A DNA stretch of 64,000 nt from Patescibacteria group bacterium (GCA_018829965.1 JAHJTG010000016.1:29537-93536); one strand, 5' to 3'. Numbered from the stretch's first letter, positions 50,611-60,377 are shown. Notes: generated from the letters alone by a model not told the origin. Numbers and translations are program-made.

Positions 50611-50981
50611 AAGATAAATTAAAAAAACTGATTCCAATTTTTATCCTTACTTATTGCCTGATTATTGTTCCGACTATTTTGTATAAATATAGTGTTTATT
50701 TAGATAAACCAAATAATTATATATGGGAGCAAGTAAAAGAATATCTAATCTATTCCGGAAAATATAATAATGAACCGATTGTTTTTAATCCAAGCTGGTT
50801 AAAAAACTATGCTACCGACTATAGTCGATTCCAAAAATTTAATATTGTGAGAAAAAATAATAATTTTTACAGTTATTGGTTAATTTCGATGGATAAAAAA
50901 TCCGTCCCAAAAAATTATCAGGCGGTTGCAACTAAGGAAATTAAAAATTTATTTGTCTTTAAATTAATACAGGTAAAATGA
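50607..50981 (+). CDS. hypothetical membrane-anchored protein
   Basis: 124 aa, one N-terminal TM. 4-nt overlaps with both neighbours. Confidence 0.45.
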   Translation: MKDKLKKLIPIFILTYCLIIVPTILYKYSVYLDKPNNYIWEQVKEYLIYSGKYNNEPIVFNPSWLKNYATDYSRFQKFNIVRKNNNFYSYWLISMDKKSVPKNYQAVATKEIKNLFVFKLIQVK

Positions 50982-51763
50982 TTGCTTTAACAATAGATTG
51001 CGAACAATGGAACTGCCCTTTATTAGAAGGGAAAAAAGTTAATGAAAATAACGAAACTTCTTTCAGTAAAAAAGGAAATGAAATTATTTTGGATTTGCTT
51101 GATAAATATAAAATAAAAGCCACTTTTTTTATTACAGGATACTTTGCCGAAAAAGAGCCTGAACAGGTAAGGCTTATAAAAGAAAACGGCCATGAAATCG
51201 CCTGCCACGGATATAATCATTTTTATCGCGACAATAAAGATTTAGATATAAAACAAGACATAGTTAAAGCAAAAGGAATTCTGGAAAAAATAACCGGGGA
51301 AAACATAAAAGGTTTCCGAGCGCCGCAAATGCAGTACTCTGAAAAACTAATTGAAATATTAGACGATTTAAATTTTAAATATGACAGCTCCCTACATCCC
51401 TGTTATCTGCCGGGATATTACAATAATTTAACTAAACCGACTGAAATCTTCAAACCATTAGAAAATTGTGACGTTATAGAAATACCCGCTTCGGTCAGCT
51501 CTTTTCGTTTTCCAATCAGCTGGTTATTTATTAGATTATTCGGCATCAACCGAGTAATTATCGCTTGTAAAAAGTTACTGAAAAAAAATATGAGACCGGT
51601 TCTATATTTCCACTCTTGGGAATTTATTGAAATGGAAAGTAAATATGTGCCTTTTTATTATAACTTTCACACCGGCAAATCTTTCGCGAAAGACATTGAA
51701 AAATTAATACGCGAATTTAAAAACGCTCCTTTTGTGCCCTTAGAAACCTTAATTAAAATTTAG
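50978..51763 (+). CDS. polysaccharide deacetylase (CE4 family)
   Basis: ALTIDCE, ATFFITGYFAEKEPEQVRLIKENGHEIACHGYNH, GFRAP. Confidence 0.8.
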   Translation: MIALTIDCEQWNCPLLEGKKVNENNETSFSKKGNEIILDLLDKYKIKATFFITGYFAEKEPEQVRLIKENGHEIACHGYNHFYRDNKDLDIKQDIVKAKGILEKITGENIKGFRAPQMQYSEKLIEILDDLNFKYDSSLHPCYLPGYYNNLTKPTEIFKPLENCDVIEIPASVSSFRFPISWLFIRLFGINRVIIACKKLLKKNMRPVLYFHSWEFIEMESKYVPFYYNFHTGKSFAKDIEKLIREFKNAPFVPLETLIKI

Positions 51764-52486
51764 ATGACGAGTGTAAAAAATTATATTATTGTAATCCCAG
51801 TATTTAATGAGGAAAAAAGAGTTGAAAAAGGGATTTTAGGATTAGAAAATTTTGTTTATCACAAATTAAAGGAATATCCGATTAAAATTATTATCGCTGA
51901 TGGAAAGAGCACTGATAAAACAACTGAAATTGTTAAAAAGTTGGAAAAAAAGTTTAATAACCTGCGATTAAAAGAAATCGGAAGAAAAGGGAAAGGATTT
52001 CAATTAAAAAAAACATTTTTAGAAGAAAAAGCTGATTTTTTTATTCAAATGGATATTGACTTAGCAGTTCCTTTAAAATATATGGAAGAATTAATTTTTT
52101 GGTTAGAAAAAGGTTGCGATATAGTAATCGGCTCAAGATTTAAAAAAGAAAGTAAAGTAAAAAGAAGTATTTATAGAAGAATATTAAGTTCAGGTTATAG
52201 TTTTCTAGTAAGATTATTTTTTGGAACCTCAATTATGGATTATCAATGTGGCTTTAAGGGATTAAATTCTGAAAAAATAAAGTTAGTCCTCCCTGAAACT
52301 AAAGATAATAAATGGTTTTTTGACACAGAGTTAATTTTAAGAGGATTAAAAAAAGGATTTAAAATTAAAGAAATTCCAATAGAATGGGAAGAAAAATCGA
52401 GTTCTAAGTTAAATATCTTAAAAGACGGTTTTTTAATGTTTTTTTCACTTTTGAGATTAAGGTTGAGAAACCGTAATCGAAATTAA
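51764..52486 (+). CDS. GT2-family glycosyltransferase (polyprenyl-phosphate sugar synthase-like)
   Basis: IIVIPVFNEE, ADGKSTD, MDIDLAVP, GSRF, QCGFKG. Confidence 0.85.
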   Translation: MTSVKNYIIVIPVFNEEKRVEKGILGLENFVYHKLKEYPIKIIIADGKSTDKTTEIVKKLEKKFNNLRLKEIGRKGKGFQLKKTFLEEKADFFIQMDIDLAVPLKYMEELIFWLEKGCDIVIGSRFKKESKVKRSIYRRILSSGYSFLVRLFFGTSIMDYQCGFKGLNSEKIKLVLPETKDNKWFFDTELILRGLKKGFKIKEIPIEWEEKSSSKLNILKDGFLMFFSLLRLRLRNRNRN

Positions 52487-53764
52487 TGAACTATCGGCTA
52501 GTTCGTTAATTATATTAAGATAACTGTTTAATCCGTGGCAAACAGAGTCGGTTCTTATGTATTCCTGTCTTTGATCCCAAGGAATGCCACCGAGCGCCAT
52601 TTCTGGATTTTTAACACCAGACATACTTTCTTTTGGATAAGTGTTTTGGACGAGCCATCTTGTCGCCAAAACTACCGCCTCTTTATATTTTTCGCAGTCA
52701 TTTTTGTTTTCCTTTTGGCAAAAATCATAGAGCTCGGACATAACCTCGCTTATCCAGCCAACACCGCTGGTTGAATAAACGCCTTTCCACTGGCCATAAG
52801 TTGAAAGCTTATTCGGATCATCCATCTGGTCGTTTAAAATCCTATTAGCCATTTCAAAAACAATTTTTTCATAATAATCGCTTTTTTTAGCGCGATAAAA
52901 ATCAATCAAAGACATAACAACCCAAGAGTTTGATATAGGATTTATTTCACGGTAATCATCTTTGATATAATTTCTGCCAACTTCCTCATACTTTCCCGCT
53001 AGATATTTGGCAATATTTTCCGCTCCTTTATAATAATTTTCTTCTTTTGTCGCTAAATAAAGTCGTGAAAAAGCAGAAAGGACCTGCCCGTTATAAAGCA
53101 GAGATTCTTTTGTCCCAGAAAACCATTTTTTACTTTCACTATCGTACCTTATATAAGATTTCGTTGAACCATTGCTTTTTTTCATAGTTAACAGCCAATC
53201 CCCTGCCAACTTGGCAGATTCCAAATATTTTTTGTCGCCAGATAACTCATATAATTTTATTAAAGTAAAAATAGTTTTAGCGCTAGTGCCGGTAAAATAT
53301 TTCAGCTCTTTTTCTTTGATATCTAAATCATAAGAATAATAAAAAGCGCCAAAAACCTTTTTATCTTCTTTATTCTGCATAGAAAGGATAAAATCAGCGC
53401 TGTTATAAATTTGCTTTAAAAGTTCTTCGTCTTTTTCAGAGTTGTAAATTTTCAAAAGAGTATAAATAGTAGAAGAAGTGTAAATTGTATATAATTTATT
53501 TTCAAAAGTGTCGTCAGTTGGGTAATAATATTTATGCGCTCCATTTTCGTTTTTATCTATTGTCCTTAAAAGATAATCTTTTCCTTGCTGGATTTTTTCT
53601 TGAATTAAATTTTTATCAAGATAGCGTATTTCCGGCCATTGTCCTATGTTTTTTTCAATTTTGTTATTTATAACTGAACCTGAAAGTAGGACTGATAAAA
53701 TAATTGCCGCCAAAATTAAAATGGAGAAAATAAAAACTTTATTAAAAAATATTTTCTTGTTCAT
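52457..53764 (-). CDS. hypothetical exported protein (repeat-helical, possibly alpha/alpha-toroid)
   Basis: 435 aa with a signal-anchor N-terminus. Recurrent aromatic/Gly-containing helical repeats. Its 3' end overlaps the convergent GT2 gene by 30 nt. Confidence 0.45.
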   Translation of the reverse strand: MNKKIFFNKVFIFSILILAAIILSVLLSGSVINNKIEKNIGQWPEIRYLDKNLIQEKIQQGKDYLLRTIDKNENGAHKYYYPTDDTFENKLYTIYTSSTIYTLLKIYNSEKDEELLKQIYNSADFILSMQNKEDKKVFGAFYYSYDLDIKEKELKYFTGTSAKTIFTLIKLYELSGDKKYLESAKLAGDWLLTMKKSNGSTKSYIRYDSESKKWFSGTKESLLYNGQVLSAFSRLYLATKEENYYKGAENIAKYLAGKYEEVGRNYIKDDYREINPISNSWVVMSLIDFYRAKKSDYYEKIVFEMANRILNDQMDDPNKLSTYGQWKGVYSTSGVGWISEVMSELYDFCQKENKNDCEKYKEAVVLATRWLVQNTYPKESMSGVKNPEMALGGIPWDQRQEYIRTDSVCHGLNSYLNIINELADSSLISITVSQP

Positions 53765-53822
53765 AAGCTTATCGTTAAAACTTTCTAATTTAAATAATAA
53801 CGCAAGTAGATGAGATAGTAAA

Positions 53823-53951
53823 CCTCGTTAGAAATTTTTGACGAAAAATATTTTTTCAAAATATTTTTCTCGCACTCGTAAAAAATGACCTCTAATAATC
53901 TACTTTATTTCTACAAACGGCCTTATTTTAGGCAGGCAAACTTCTAACGGG
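53823..53951. mobile_element. F3 MITE copy c (TSD GTAAA)
   Basis: TIR cctcgttagaaattt / gcaaacttctaacggg. Identical GTAAA at 53818-53822 and 53952-53956. Left interior matches copy a (ttgacgaaaaa). Confidence 0.85.
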
Positions 53952-53956
53952 GTAAA

Positions 53957-53990
53957 TAAAAAAGGCAAAGAGATAATTTTCTTTGCCTTA
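53957..53990 (-). terminator. rho-independent terminator
   Basis: Minus strand GGCAAAGaaaattatctCTTTGCCtttttt. Confidence 0.7.
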
Positions 53991-54010
53991 AGATTTTTAC
54001 TTTGCCGGTT

Positions 54011-54907
54011 TTAATCAGCTTTTGAGATAATCGGGGTTAGCGGCAATAAAGACTTCGTAATTTCAGGTTGTTTAGATTTAGTTATTGTGTTTACATCTTC
54101 TGTCGGCGTTGTTGGCAAGTTTGCTGTTGCAGAATTTAATAATTCTGTCTCCGCGACTAATGCCTTAAAAATACGAACTACTTCAATATTTGTAGTATTA
54201 TTGGAATCAGCAGAAAACTTATCAAGTTGATCGACCACATAATTTGGATTAACGGGATGTCTCTGGCTTTTCCAGGCTAATGGGTCAAAGCGAATAGAAT
54301 TATTTGAGTCAACTAGCTTCAGTTTCTGTAGCTTAGAAATCTCAATTCTTATTTTTGGATATTTCCAAAATTTGAGAAATTCTAAAATAGCTTTTTTGTA
54401 CTCGTCGGCCGCAATGTTTTGCACAGAAACCGCTATAGTATTTTTATTTGGGAATTCTTCGCCGACCATTTTTAAGAGCTCTTTTTTCTGTTGACACTTT
54501 TCATGAATCAGTTTCGCAACCTGAGTCTCGAAAGACTTTCTTAGCACATAATTTACTTCATTATTTTCGGAAACTGGAACCCTTTCAAAAGCCTCTCTCA
54601 AATTTGCTGTTTGCACATAAAGAGGAACTAGTGAGGTTTCTTTTTTTATAACACTTGGTCTTTCCATTACCGCAGATGAGTTAATTCTCGACCTGTTCAC
54701 GATATTAAAAAATAGCACATTGCCACGAACAGGAATTAATTTTCCATCCCTTCCCTTAGGCGGTAATTTGACTGCTGCCCTTGCTGCGTCACTCACAGGA
54801 GGACATTTCCCCTTTAATTTCGGGCAAAGAAACCCGAATATGCCGAATACTACAACTACAATCCAGAGTTTGATTATTATTTTCTTCATATATATCCTTT
54901 CTTTCAC
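54011..54907 (-). CDS. hypothetical exported protein
   Basis: 298 aa with a signal/anchor (IIIKLWIVVVVFGIFGFL). No recognisable family. Confidence 0.5.
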   Translation of the reverse strand: MKERIYMKKIIIKLWIVVVVFGIFGFLCPKLKGKCPPVSDAARAAVKLPPKGRDGKLIPVRGNVLFFNIVNRSRINSSAVMERPSVIKKETSLVPLYVQTANLREAFERVPVSENNEVNYVLRKSFETQVAKLIHEKCQQKKELLKMVGEEFPNKNTIAVSVQNIAADEYKKAILEFLKFWKYPKIRIEISKLQKLKLVDSNNSIRFDPLAWKSQRHPVNPNYVVDQLDKFSADSNNTTNIEVVRIFKALVAETELLNSATANLPTTPTEDVNTITKSKQPEITKSLLPLTPIISKAD

Positions 54908-55099
54908 TATTAACTTTTTAATGTTCAGATTTAATGTTTTTACATTATTTTAATTATATCACTTTGAAACACTCTGTCAATCTTTCTATCCCCTTTAAAA
55001 GATACACAGGCCTATTTGTTTACATTTGCGGTTTTATTGCTAAAAATACAAATTGACTGGAAGATAGTAGCGGAGTAAAATTAAAAAAATTGGTATTAT

Positions 55100-55828
55100 A
55101 TGAAAAATATTTCAATCGTCATCCCAGTTTATAACGAAGAAGGGATAATAAACCGAGTAATTACAACTTTGTGCGATTTCTGCAAAAAAAATCTCCGAAA
55201 TTATAATTGGAAAATAATTATTGTTGATAATAATTCAACCGACCGTACTATGGAGATAGCAAAAAATCTTGTAAAAGAATTTAACGGCGAGATTTTCTAT
55301 AAATTTATCCCTCAAAAAGGTAAGGGCTTAGCTATTAGGGAAAGCTGGAAAAGTTTTGATGCCGATATTTATGTTTTTATGGATGCCGATTTAGCCACCG
55401 ATTTATCTGCCTTACCCACTCTTATAAGGGAATTGGAAAATGATAATAATTTGGTTATAGGGTCGCGTTTCATCAAAGGTTCTTTTGTCAAGCGCTCTCT
55501 GAGTAGAGAGATAGTTTCTAGAATTTTCAGTATTATTACCCGTTTAATGTTTGGCCTTAAGATAAAAGATTACACTTGCGGTTTCAAGGGCGTTGATAAA
55601 AATGTTATAAATAAAATATTATCACAGGTTAAAAATAATACTTTCTTTTTTGATACCGAACTGGTAATCCGTTCGGCTATTGACGGATTAAAAATAAAAG
55701 AAATACCAATTATCTGGGAAGATAGGGATAAAAACAAAAGCAGGGTTAACGTTTTAAAAGTGACGAAAGAATATTTGTGCGCATTGTCAAAATTAAAAAA
55801 AGACATAAAAGCTAAAAATATTTTATGA
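55100..55828 (+). CDS. GT2-family glycosyltransferase (polyprenyl-phosphate sugar synthase-like)
   Basis: ISIVIPVYNEE, VDNNSTD, MDADLATD, GSRF, TCGFKG. Paralogous to 51764-52486. Confidence 0.88.
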   Translation: MKNISIVIPVYNEEGIINRVITTLCDFCKKNLRNYNWKIIIVDNNSTDRTMEIAKNLVKEFNGEIFYKFIPQKGKGLAIRESWKSFDADIYVFMDADLATDLSALPTLIRELENDNNLVIGSRFIKGSFVKRSLSREIVSRIFSIITRLMFGLKIKDYTCGFKGVDKNVINKILSQVKNNTFFFDTELVIRSAIDGLKIKEIPIIWEDRDKNKSRVNVLKVTKEYLCALSKLKKDIKAKNIL

Positions 55829-57333
55829 GTTATCCTAAAAAAAGAAACATCCTGATAATTTACAGTATTATTGTTTTGATATTTTCCTATTTCACCTATT
55901 TCAAAAATTACGATTATCCTCCGGCCACTTTCTGGGACGAAGTTTATCATATTACTTCCTCTCAAAGATATATTACAGGAGTAATGTTTATGGAAGTGCA
56001 TCCGCCACTGGGAAAACTGTTTATCGCACTTGGAGAATATTTAATCCACCCAAACGATAACATTGCGCCTGAAGAGTTGCTCAAGCACACTCAAACGCAT
56101 TCTGTAGCGAAAATGGATTACATAAAAGATTTTCCGGTAGGATATTCGTTTAAAGGCGTCCGATTTTTTTCCGCTTTGTTCGCCTGGCTTTCGGCCATCG
56201 TCTTTTTTTACATACTCTATTTAATTTCCAAAAACCCTCATATTTCCCTTCTTTTTTCTTCCCTTTATATTTTTGAAAACGCCCTAATCGTCCATTCCCG
56301 CGCCGCTATGTTAGAAGGTAGTCTTTTATTTTTCGTTCTTTCGGCAATAATTTATTTTGTTTATTTAGCCCAAAAACAATCAAAAAAAACTTGGCTCAAC
56401 TATTTTATCTTAGGAATATTGGTCGGACTGGCCATATCTGTCAAAGTCACCGGAGGTATAACAGTTTTTCTATTTCCATTTCTTTTCCTTTTAGACCAAA
56501 AAGAGAAACTGAAAAACTGGAAAGAAAATAAATTACCGCTGATTAAAAAAATAATCGTTAAGGGATTAATTTTTACCAGTGGCTTTATCGCTATTTTTTG
56601 TTTGGTTTGGTATATTCATTTCTCTTTAGGCAAGACAATAATGGACAATAAATATTACAATGCATCCAATACATACAAAGAAGTTTTGAAAAATGGGGCT
56701 ACTTCTGATCTCAAGTATTTTCCGACGATGTTGAAAGACAACCTCGTTTTTATGGTTAATTACAACAAAGGCGTCCCAAAGCTTGATATCTTCAACCCGG
56801 GTGAAACCGGCAGTTATCCAATCACTTGGCCACTAGGAGAAAATTCTATAAGATATCGCTGGGAAAAAAGCGGCAATAGTGTGCGGTATATATACTTGCA
56901 GGTCAATCCAATAACTTGGTTTTTAGGGCTAGCCGGAATAATTTTGTCCTTCATTCTAATAATCGGCCGAGTGATTTTTAAAGATCCGGCTAAAAACAAA
57001 AATCTATTTTATTTCATAACAGTTTTCGCAACGCTTTATGTTATTTATATGGCAATAATGCTCCAGATAGAACGAGTAATGTATTTACACACTTACTTTA
57101 TTCCTCTTATTTTTTCTTTTATTTTAATTTTTCTCGTCTTTAATTACATTTTTGAAAGCAAAATTTTGGCTAAATCCAAAAAACTTTATCTTTGCTTAAT
57201 CCTATTTGTAATTATAATCGTCGGGGTTTACAAATTCTTCAGCCCGCTCACCTATTACCAACCGCTGACTACCGAACAATTTGAAAAACGGATGTGGTTT
57301 AATAACTTCTGGAAACTGAAACCGATAAAATAG
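55825..57333 (+). CDS. GT39/PMT-family lipid-carrier-dependent glycosyltransferase
   Basis: Loop-1 acidic motif FWDEVYH, EVHPPLGKLFIALGEYL, about 11 TM helices. ATGA overlap with the upstream GT2. Confidence 0.8.
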   Translation: MSYPKKRNILIIYSIIVLIFSYFTYFKNYDYPPATFWDEVYHITSSQRYITGVMFMEVHPPLGKLFIALGEYLIHPNDNIAPEELLKHTQTHSVAKMDYIKDFPVGYSFKGVRFFSALFAWLSAIVFFYILYLISKNPHISLLFSSLYIFENALIVHSRAAMLEGSLLFFVLSAIIYFVYLAQKQSKKTWLNYFILGILVGLAISVKVTGGITVFLFPFLFLLDQKEKLKNWKENKLPLIKKIIVKGLIFTSGFIAIFCLVWYIHFSLGKTIMDNKYYNASNTYKEVLKNGATSDLKYFPTMLKDNLVFMVNYNKGVPKLDIFNPGETGSYPITWPLGENSIRYRWEKSGNSVRYIYLQVNPITWFLGLAGIILSFILIIGRVIFKDPAKNKNLFYFITVFATLYVIYMAIMLQIERVMYLHTYFIPLIFSFILIFLVFNYIFESKILAKSKKLYLCLILFVIIIVGVYKFFSPLTYYQPLTTEQFEKRMWFNNFWKLKPIK

Positions 57334-57345
57334 TCCGCCACTAAC

Positions 57346-57377
57346 AAAAAGAGCGCCCAAGGCGCTCTTTTTGTTTT
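57346..57377. terminator. bidirectional rho-independent terminator between convergent genes
   Basis: aaaaAGAGCGCCcaaGGCGCTCTttttgttttt. Confidence 0.85.
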
Positions 57378-57388
57378 TAAATTTCTGC

Positions 57389-58663
57389 TTAAAACGGCGC
57401 GATCTCTCTCCATTTAGGCAATCCGCTTCCTCCTGATTTCACTAATATGTTATTAGGAGAAGTTAAACAATAACCGACTTCAGGATCATCAACTTTTAAC
57501 TTCATAGAGTAACTACCGCTAATATTATAGGTATGGTAAGTGTTTCCTTTATCACTGCCGACTTGACCGTCGCCAAATATCCAAGAGTATGTTATCCCGT
57601 CGCCATTTTGGCATGAATAAGAAGCACCGCTTACGTAGTAGCAAATTGACGAATCCAAGAATGTAACCAAGCTTCCAACTACAGGAACTAACGGTGAAAA
57701 ACTAAATTGAGGATAAGGCCAAGCGTGAGCAGCGGTTATAAATGTTGTTGGTATAGCAGACCAGCCAGAATCACCATGTTGGTCCCAAACTTTTGCCCGA
57801 ACATAATAAGATGTTCCGTAAGGGATGCGATCAGTAGCAGAAGGATTCAAACTTACCTGAACTATCTGGCTATTAATACTTCCTACTGGGTTTGAAACAA
57901 GAAAACTTCTGTTAATCTCTGGAGAAGAGAAATCGGAATCATTATCTACCTGAAAAGCAAAGCTTATTTCATTTTCTCCATCTATGTCGCGATATGTCCA
58001 TTGGAAAGAACCTACTATGCCATTACAATAATTTTCAGAATTAGGTACGAAAACAAAGCTTCCACTTTCAATATATGGTGACGGATTTTCTTCCTCCTCT
58101 TCTTCCTCTTCTTCCTCTTCTTCCTCTTCTTCCTCTTCTTCCTCTTCTTCCTCTTCTTCCTCTTCTTCCTCTTCTTCCTCTTCCTCCTCTTCTTCCTCTT
58201 CTTCCTCTTCTTCCTCCTCCTCCTCTTCTTCCTCTTCTTCCTCTTCTTCCTCTTCTTCACCACAAGGCCAGTCATGTTCACAATCTACAACACAACAAGG
58301 TTCGCACCAACAAACAGTTGTACAACTCTCATCACAATAAACATAACCGGTATAACACCAACTATCCCCTAGACAACACTTTTCATAAAAATAGTTGCAA
58401 GGTGGAACAGAAATTCTATCACCACAAGGTAGCCCGGATCTATCACAACAATCTTTTTCAGGGGTACCATAACCAGAACAACTTTCATCGCAACCACCAG
58501 TAGATATATTTCCAGAACAACAAGCTTCTTCAGCATCTACGTTCTCTATTTTTTCTATTTTAAAAAACCATAAACAAAAAACAATCAATGCGAATATCAA
58601 TAAAGTTGTTTTTAAAAAGGACAGGAAGGGAATTAATTGAAAATGATTTTTTCTAAAAAACAT
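57389..58663 (-). CDS. exported protein: Cys-rich module, approx. 57-residue poly-Glu tract, Ig-like and PKD domains
   Basis: Start at MFFRKN (58663) avoids overlap with the upstream gene. TM/signal LLIFALIVFCLWFF. More than 20 Cys in about 95 aa. Glu run 58088-58258. C-terminal PKD signature YSWIFGDGQ...HTYNISGSYSMKLKVDD. Confidence 0.75.
   Translation of the reverse strand: MFFRKNHFQLIPFLSFLKTTLLIFALIVFCLWFFKIEKIENVDAEEACCSGNISTGGCDESCSGYGTPEKDCCDRSGLPCGDRISVPPCNYFYEKCCLGDSWCYTGYVYCDESCTTVCWCEPCCVVDCEHDWPCGEEEEEEEEEEEEEEEEEEEEEEEEEEEEEEEEEEEEEEEEEEEEEEEEEEEEEEEEENPSPYIESGSFVFVPNSENYCNGIVGSFQWTYRDIDGENEISFAFQVDNDSDFSSPEINRSFLVSNPVGSINSQIVQVSLNPSATDRIPYGTSYYVRAKVWDQHGDSGWSAIPTTFITAAHAWPYPQFSFSPLVPVVGSLVTFLDSSICYYVSGASYSCQNGDGITYSWIFGDGQVGSDKGNTYHTYNISGSYSMKLKVDDPEVGYCLTSPNNILVKSGGSGLPKWREIAPF
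58088..58258. repeat. GAA/GAG trinucleotide tract (mostly 9-nt unit ctcttcttc), 171 nt
   Basis: Uninterrupted (ttc/ctc)n on the plus strand. Codes poly-Glu on the minus strand. Confidence 0.95.
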
Positions 58664-58671
58664 AAAAATAA

Positions 58672-59253
58672 TTATTGAATACCCTTTAATTCTAATAGAA
58701 CCTTTATCAAACAAGTTCGTCTTGCAAAATCAGAAACTTTAAAGCTTTTATCTTCTGAACAAAGAGCGGAGCTTTTTTCGTTAATCGCTTTTTCGGTAAG
58801 CGCTACTCCGCTCAGACACTCTTCCTTTAATTCAGGGGCGTCGATGATTTTTTCGCATATTTGAGTATCTAATATATTTATTGACTTATGAATTACGCTA
58901 GTATAGTTATCCACGGGAAAATAAATCTTTTCGTCTTTTTCTTTACATTTGCTAAAACATTCAAGCGTTAAATCTATATCTTTAATAGAACTGCAATATT
59001 TAGTAGGTTCAATTTTTAACACTTCTTTATTTTCCACCTCATAAGTATAATAACATTTATTTTGAAGCTGAAGAGATGGCGCTTTAGAGCAATCCTCAGG
59101 ATTAAAATTCTTCAAAAGAACGCTCTTTTTAATACAATCGTCGTCTTTGCACCTTTCTATGGATGGTTTTAAATAAAAAAAGGCAAAAACAGCCGTTAAT
59201 ACTAAAACTATTACTATTGAAACTACTAGTATTAAAAGCTGTTTTTTATTCAT
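58672..59253 (-). CDS. Cys-rich exported protein
   Basis: 193 aa, N-terminal TM (LLILVVSIVIVLVLTAVFAFF), 13 Cys in recurring C-x(n)-C modules. Confidence 0.55.
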   Translation of the reverse strand: MNKKQLLILVVSIVIVLVLTAVFAFFYLKPSIERCKDDDCIKKSVLLKNFNPEDCSKAPSLQLQNKCYYTYEVENKEVLKIEPTKYCSSIKDIDLTLECFSKCKEKDEKIYFPVDNYTSVIHKSINILDTQICEKIIDAPELKEECLSGVALTEKAINEKSSALCSEDKSFKVSDFARRTCLIKVLLELKGIQ

Positions 59254-59273
59254 TTTATTATTTTAGCACGATT

Positions 59274-60377
59274 TTACTGGCAACCGCCACCCGCACTGCC
59301 AGAAGGGGTTACTTGCTGAGAACTCTCATATTGTTCAGAAAAACTAGACGCCGCACTTTTCTCGCTTAGTTTTTGTGAGCAAATTTCTAGATTTTCACTG
59401 AAACCACAACATAATAAAGTTTTTACCGCCTCAGCTGTTCTTCCGCCAAACCAGAATTCCGAACCTCGTTCCCCATTTAAGAACATTGTCGGAGAGCCGT
59501 TTGCCCCGTATTTTTTTTGCAAGTCAAAATCCACTTGCGCATATTTTAAACCACGACTGCTATCCGTCATACAAGCATTTAATCCACTTGTATTTATTTT
59601 AGCAGATACTAAACAACTTTCCATGTCTCCTTTTTTAATATGGCAGGAAATATAGTTCCAGTATTTGCTCCCCTCTTCTTCCCTTATACAAATCTGCCTT
59701 AAATTTTCCTGCGCTTCCGCGTCCCCATGCATTGATGTTATTTTCTCGCCCGAAATAGAACCGAGATATTCTACTTTTATATTTTCGACTAAAGAGGGGA
59801 TATTTTTAACAACTTCGGCTAAAACTCTCTGCATTTGCAAACCAAAAGGACATTTGCTTACCACAAAAGCTTCTAATAATGCTTTTTTGTCTTTTTTAAT
59901 TTCTTCACAAGATGTTTTCTGCGCATTATTATTTGCTGTTTCAGCGGTAGTTCCGCCTGTATTCCCAGTAACTGCTTTTTCGTCTAAATTATATGCCTGT
60001 GGAAAAAACAGCTTTCCATCAATTGTGGTGTACCCTATTGTTTCGTTCGTCCCTATTTTAAACCGCACTTTAATAAATCCGTCTTCTTTAATCGCATCTA
60101 TTAAAACAGCTGTTGACTGTCCTTTTAATATTTTTTCGTTAATATAAGTGATTGTTTTCTGGGCAATTTCCTGTGAAGAAGAATGTTCTGTTATCCCTAA
60201 GAATTTGAAATTTATTAATCCGCCTGAAAAACCAACAATCGCAACCGTAATAATAATACCGGCAACTGCAATCGCCGGAAGCATAAAATTTTGGGATAAT
60301 AATTTTTTGCTTGGCTTCAACTCTTTAAAAAATTTGGCCACTGCCGAAAGAATATCTTTTTTATTTAACTTAGACAT
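59274..60377 (-). CDS. membrane-anchored thioredoxin-fold (DsbA/glutaredoxin-like) protein
   Basis: N-terminal TM. Thioredoxin-like block EAFVVSKCPFGLQ...GSPTMFLNGE (active-site-like CPFG, cis-Pro-like SPT). Confidence 0.5.
   Translation of the reverse strand: MSKLNKKDILSAVAKFFKELKPSKKLLSQNFMLPAIAVAGIIITVAIVGFSGGLINFKFLGITEHSSSQEIAQKTITYINEKILKGQSTAVLIDAIKEDGFIKVRFKIGTNETIGYTTIDGKLFFPQAYNLDEKAVTGNTGGTTAETANNNAQKTSCEEIKKDKKALLEAFVVSKCPFGLQMQRVLAEVVKNIPSLVENIKVEYLGSISGEKITSMHGDAEAQENLRQICIREEEGSKYWNYISCHIKKGDMESCLVSAKINTSGLNACMTDSSRGLKYAQVDFDLQKKYGANGSPTMFLNGERGSEFWFGGRTAEAVKTLLCCGFSENLEICSQKLSEKSAASSFSEQYESSQQVTPSGSAGGGCQ

Noticed and set aside
58015-58503. Track ORFs reading poly-Lys/Arg (58015-58281, minus) and poly-Leu/Pro (58075-58503, plus)
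   Set aside because: They are alternative-frame and antisense readings of the GAA/GAG repeat. Only the poly-Glu frame joins a signal peptide, the Cys-rich module and the PKD domain.
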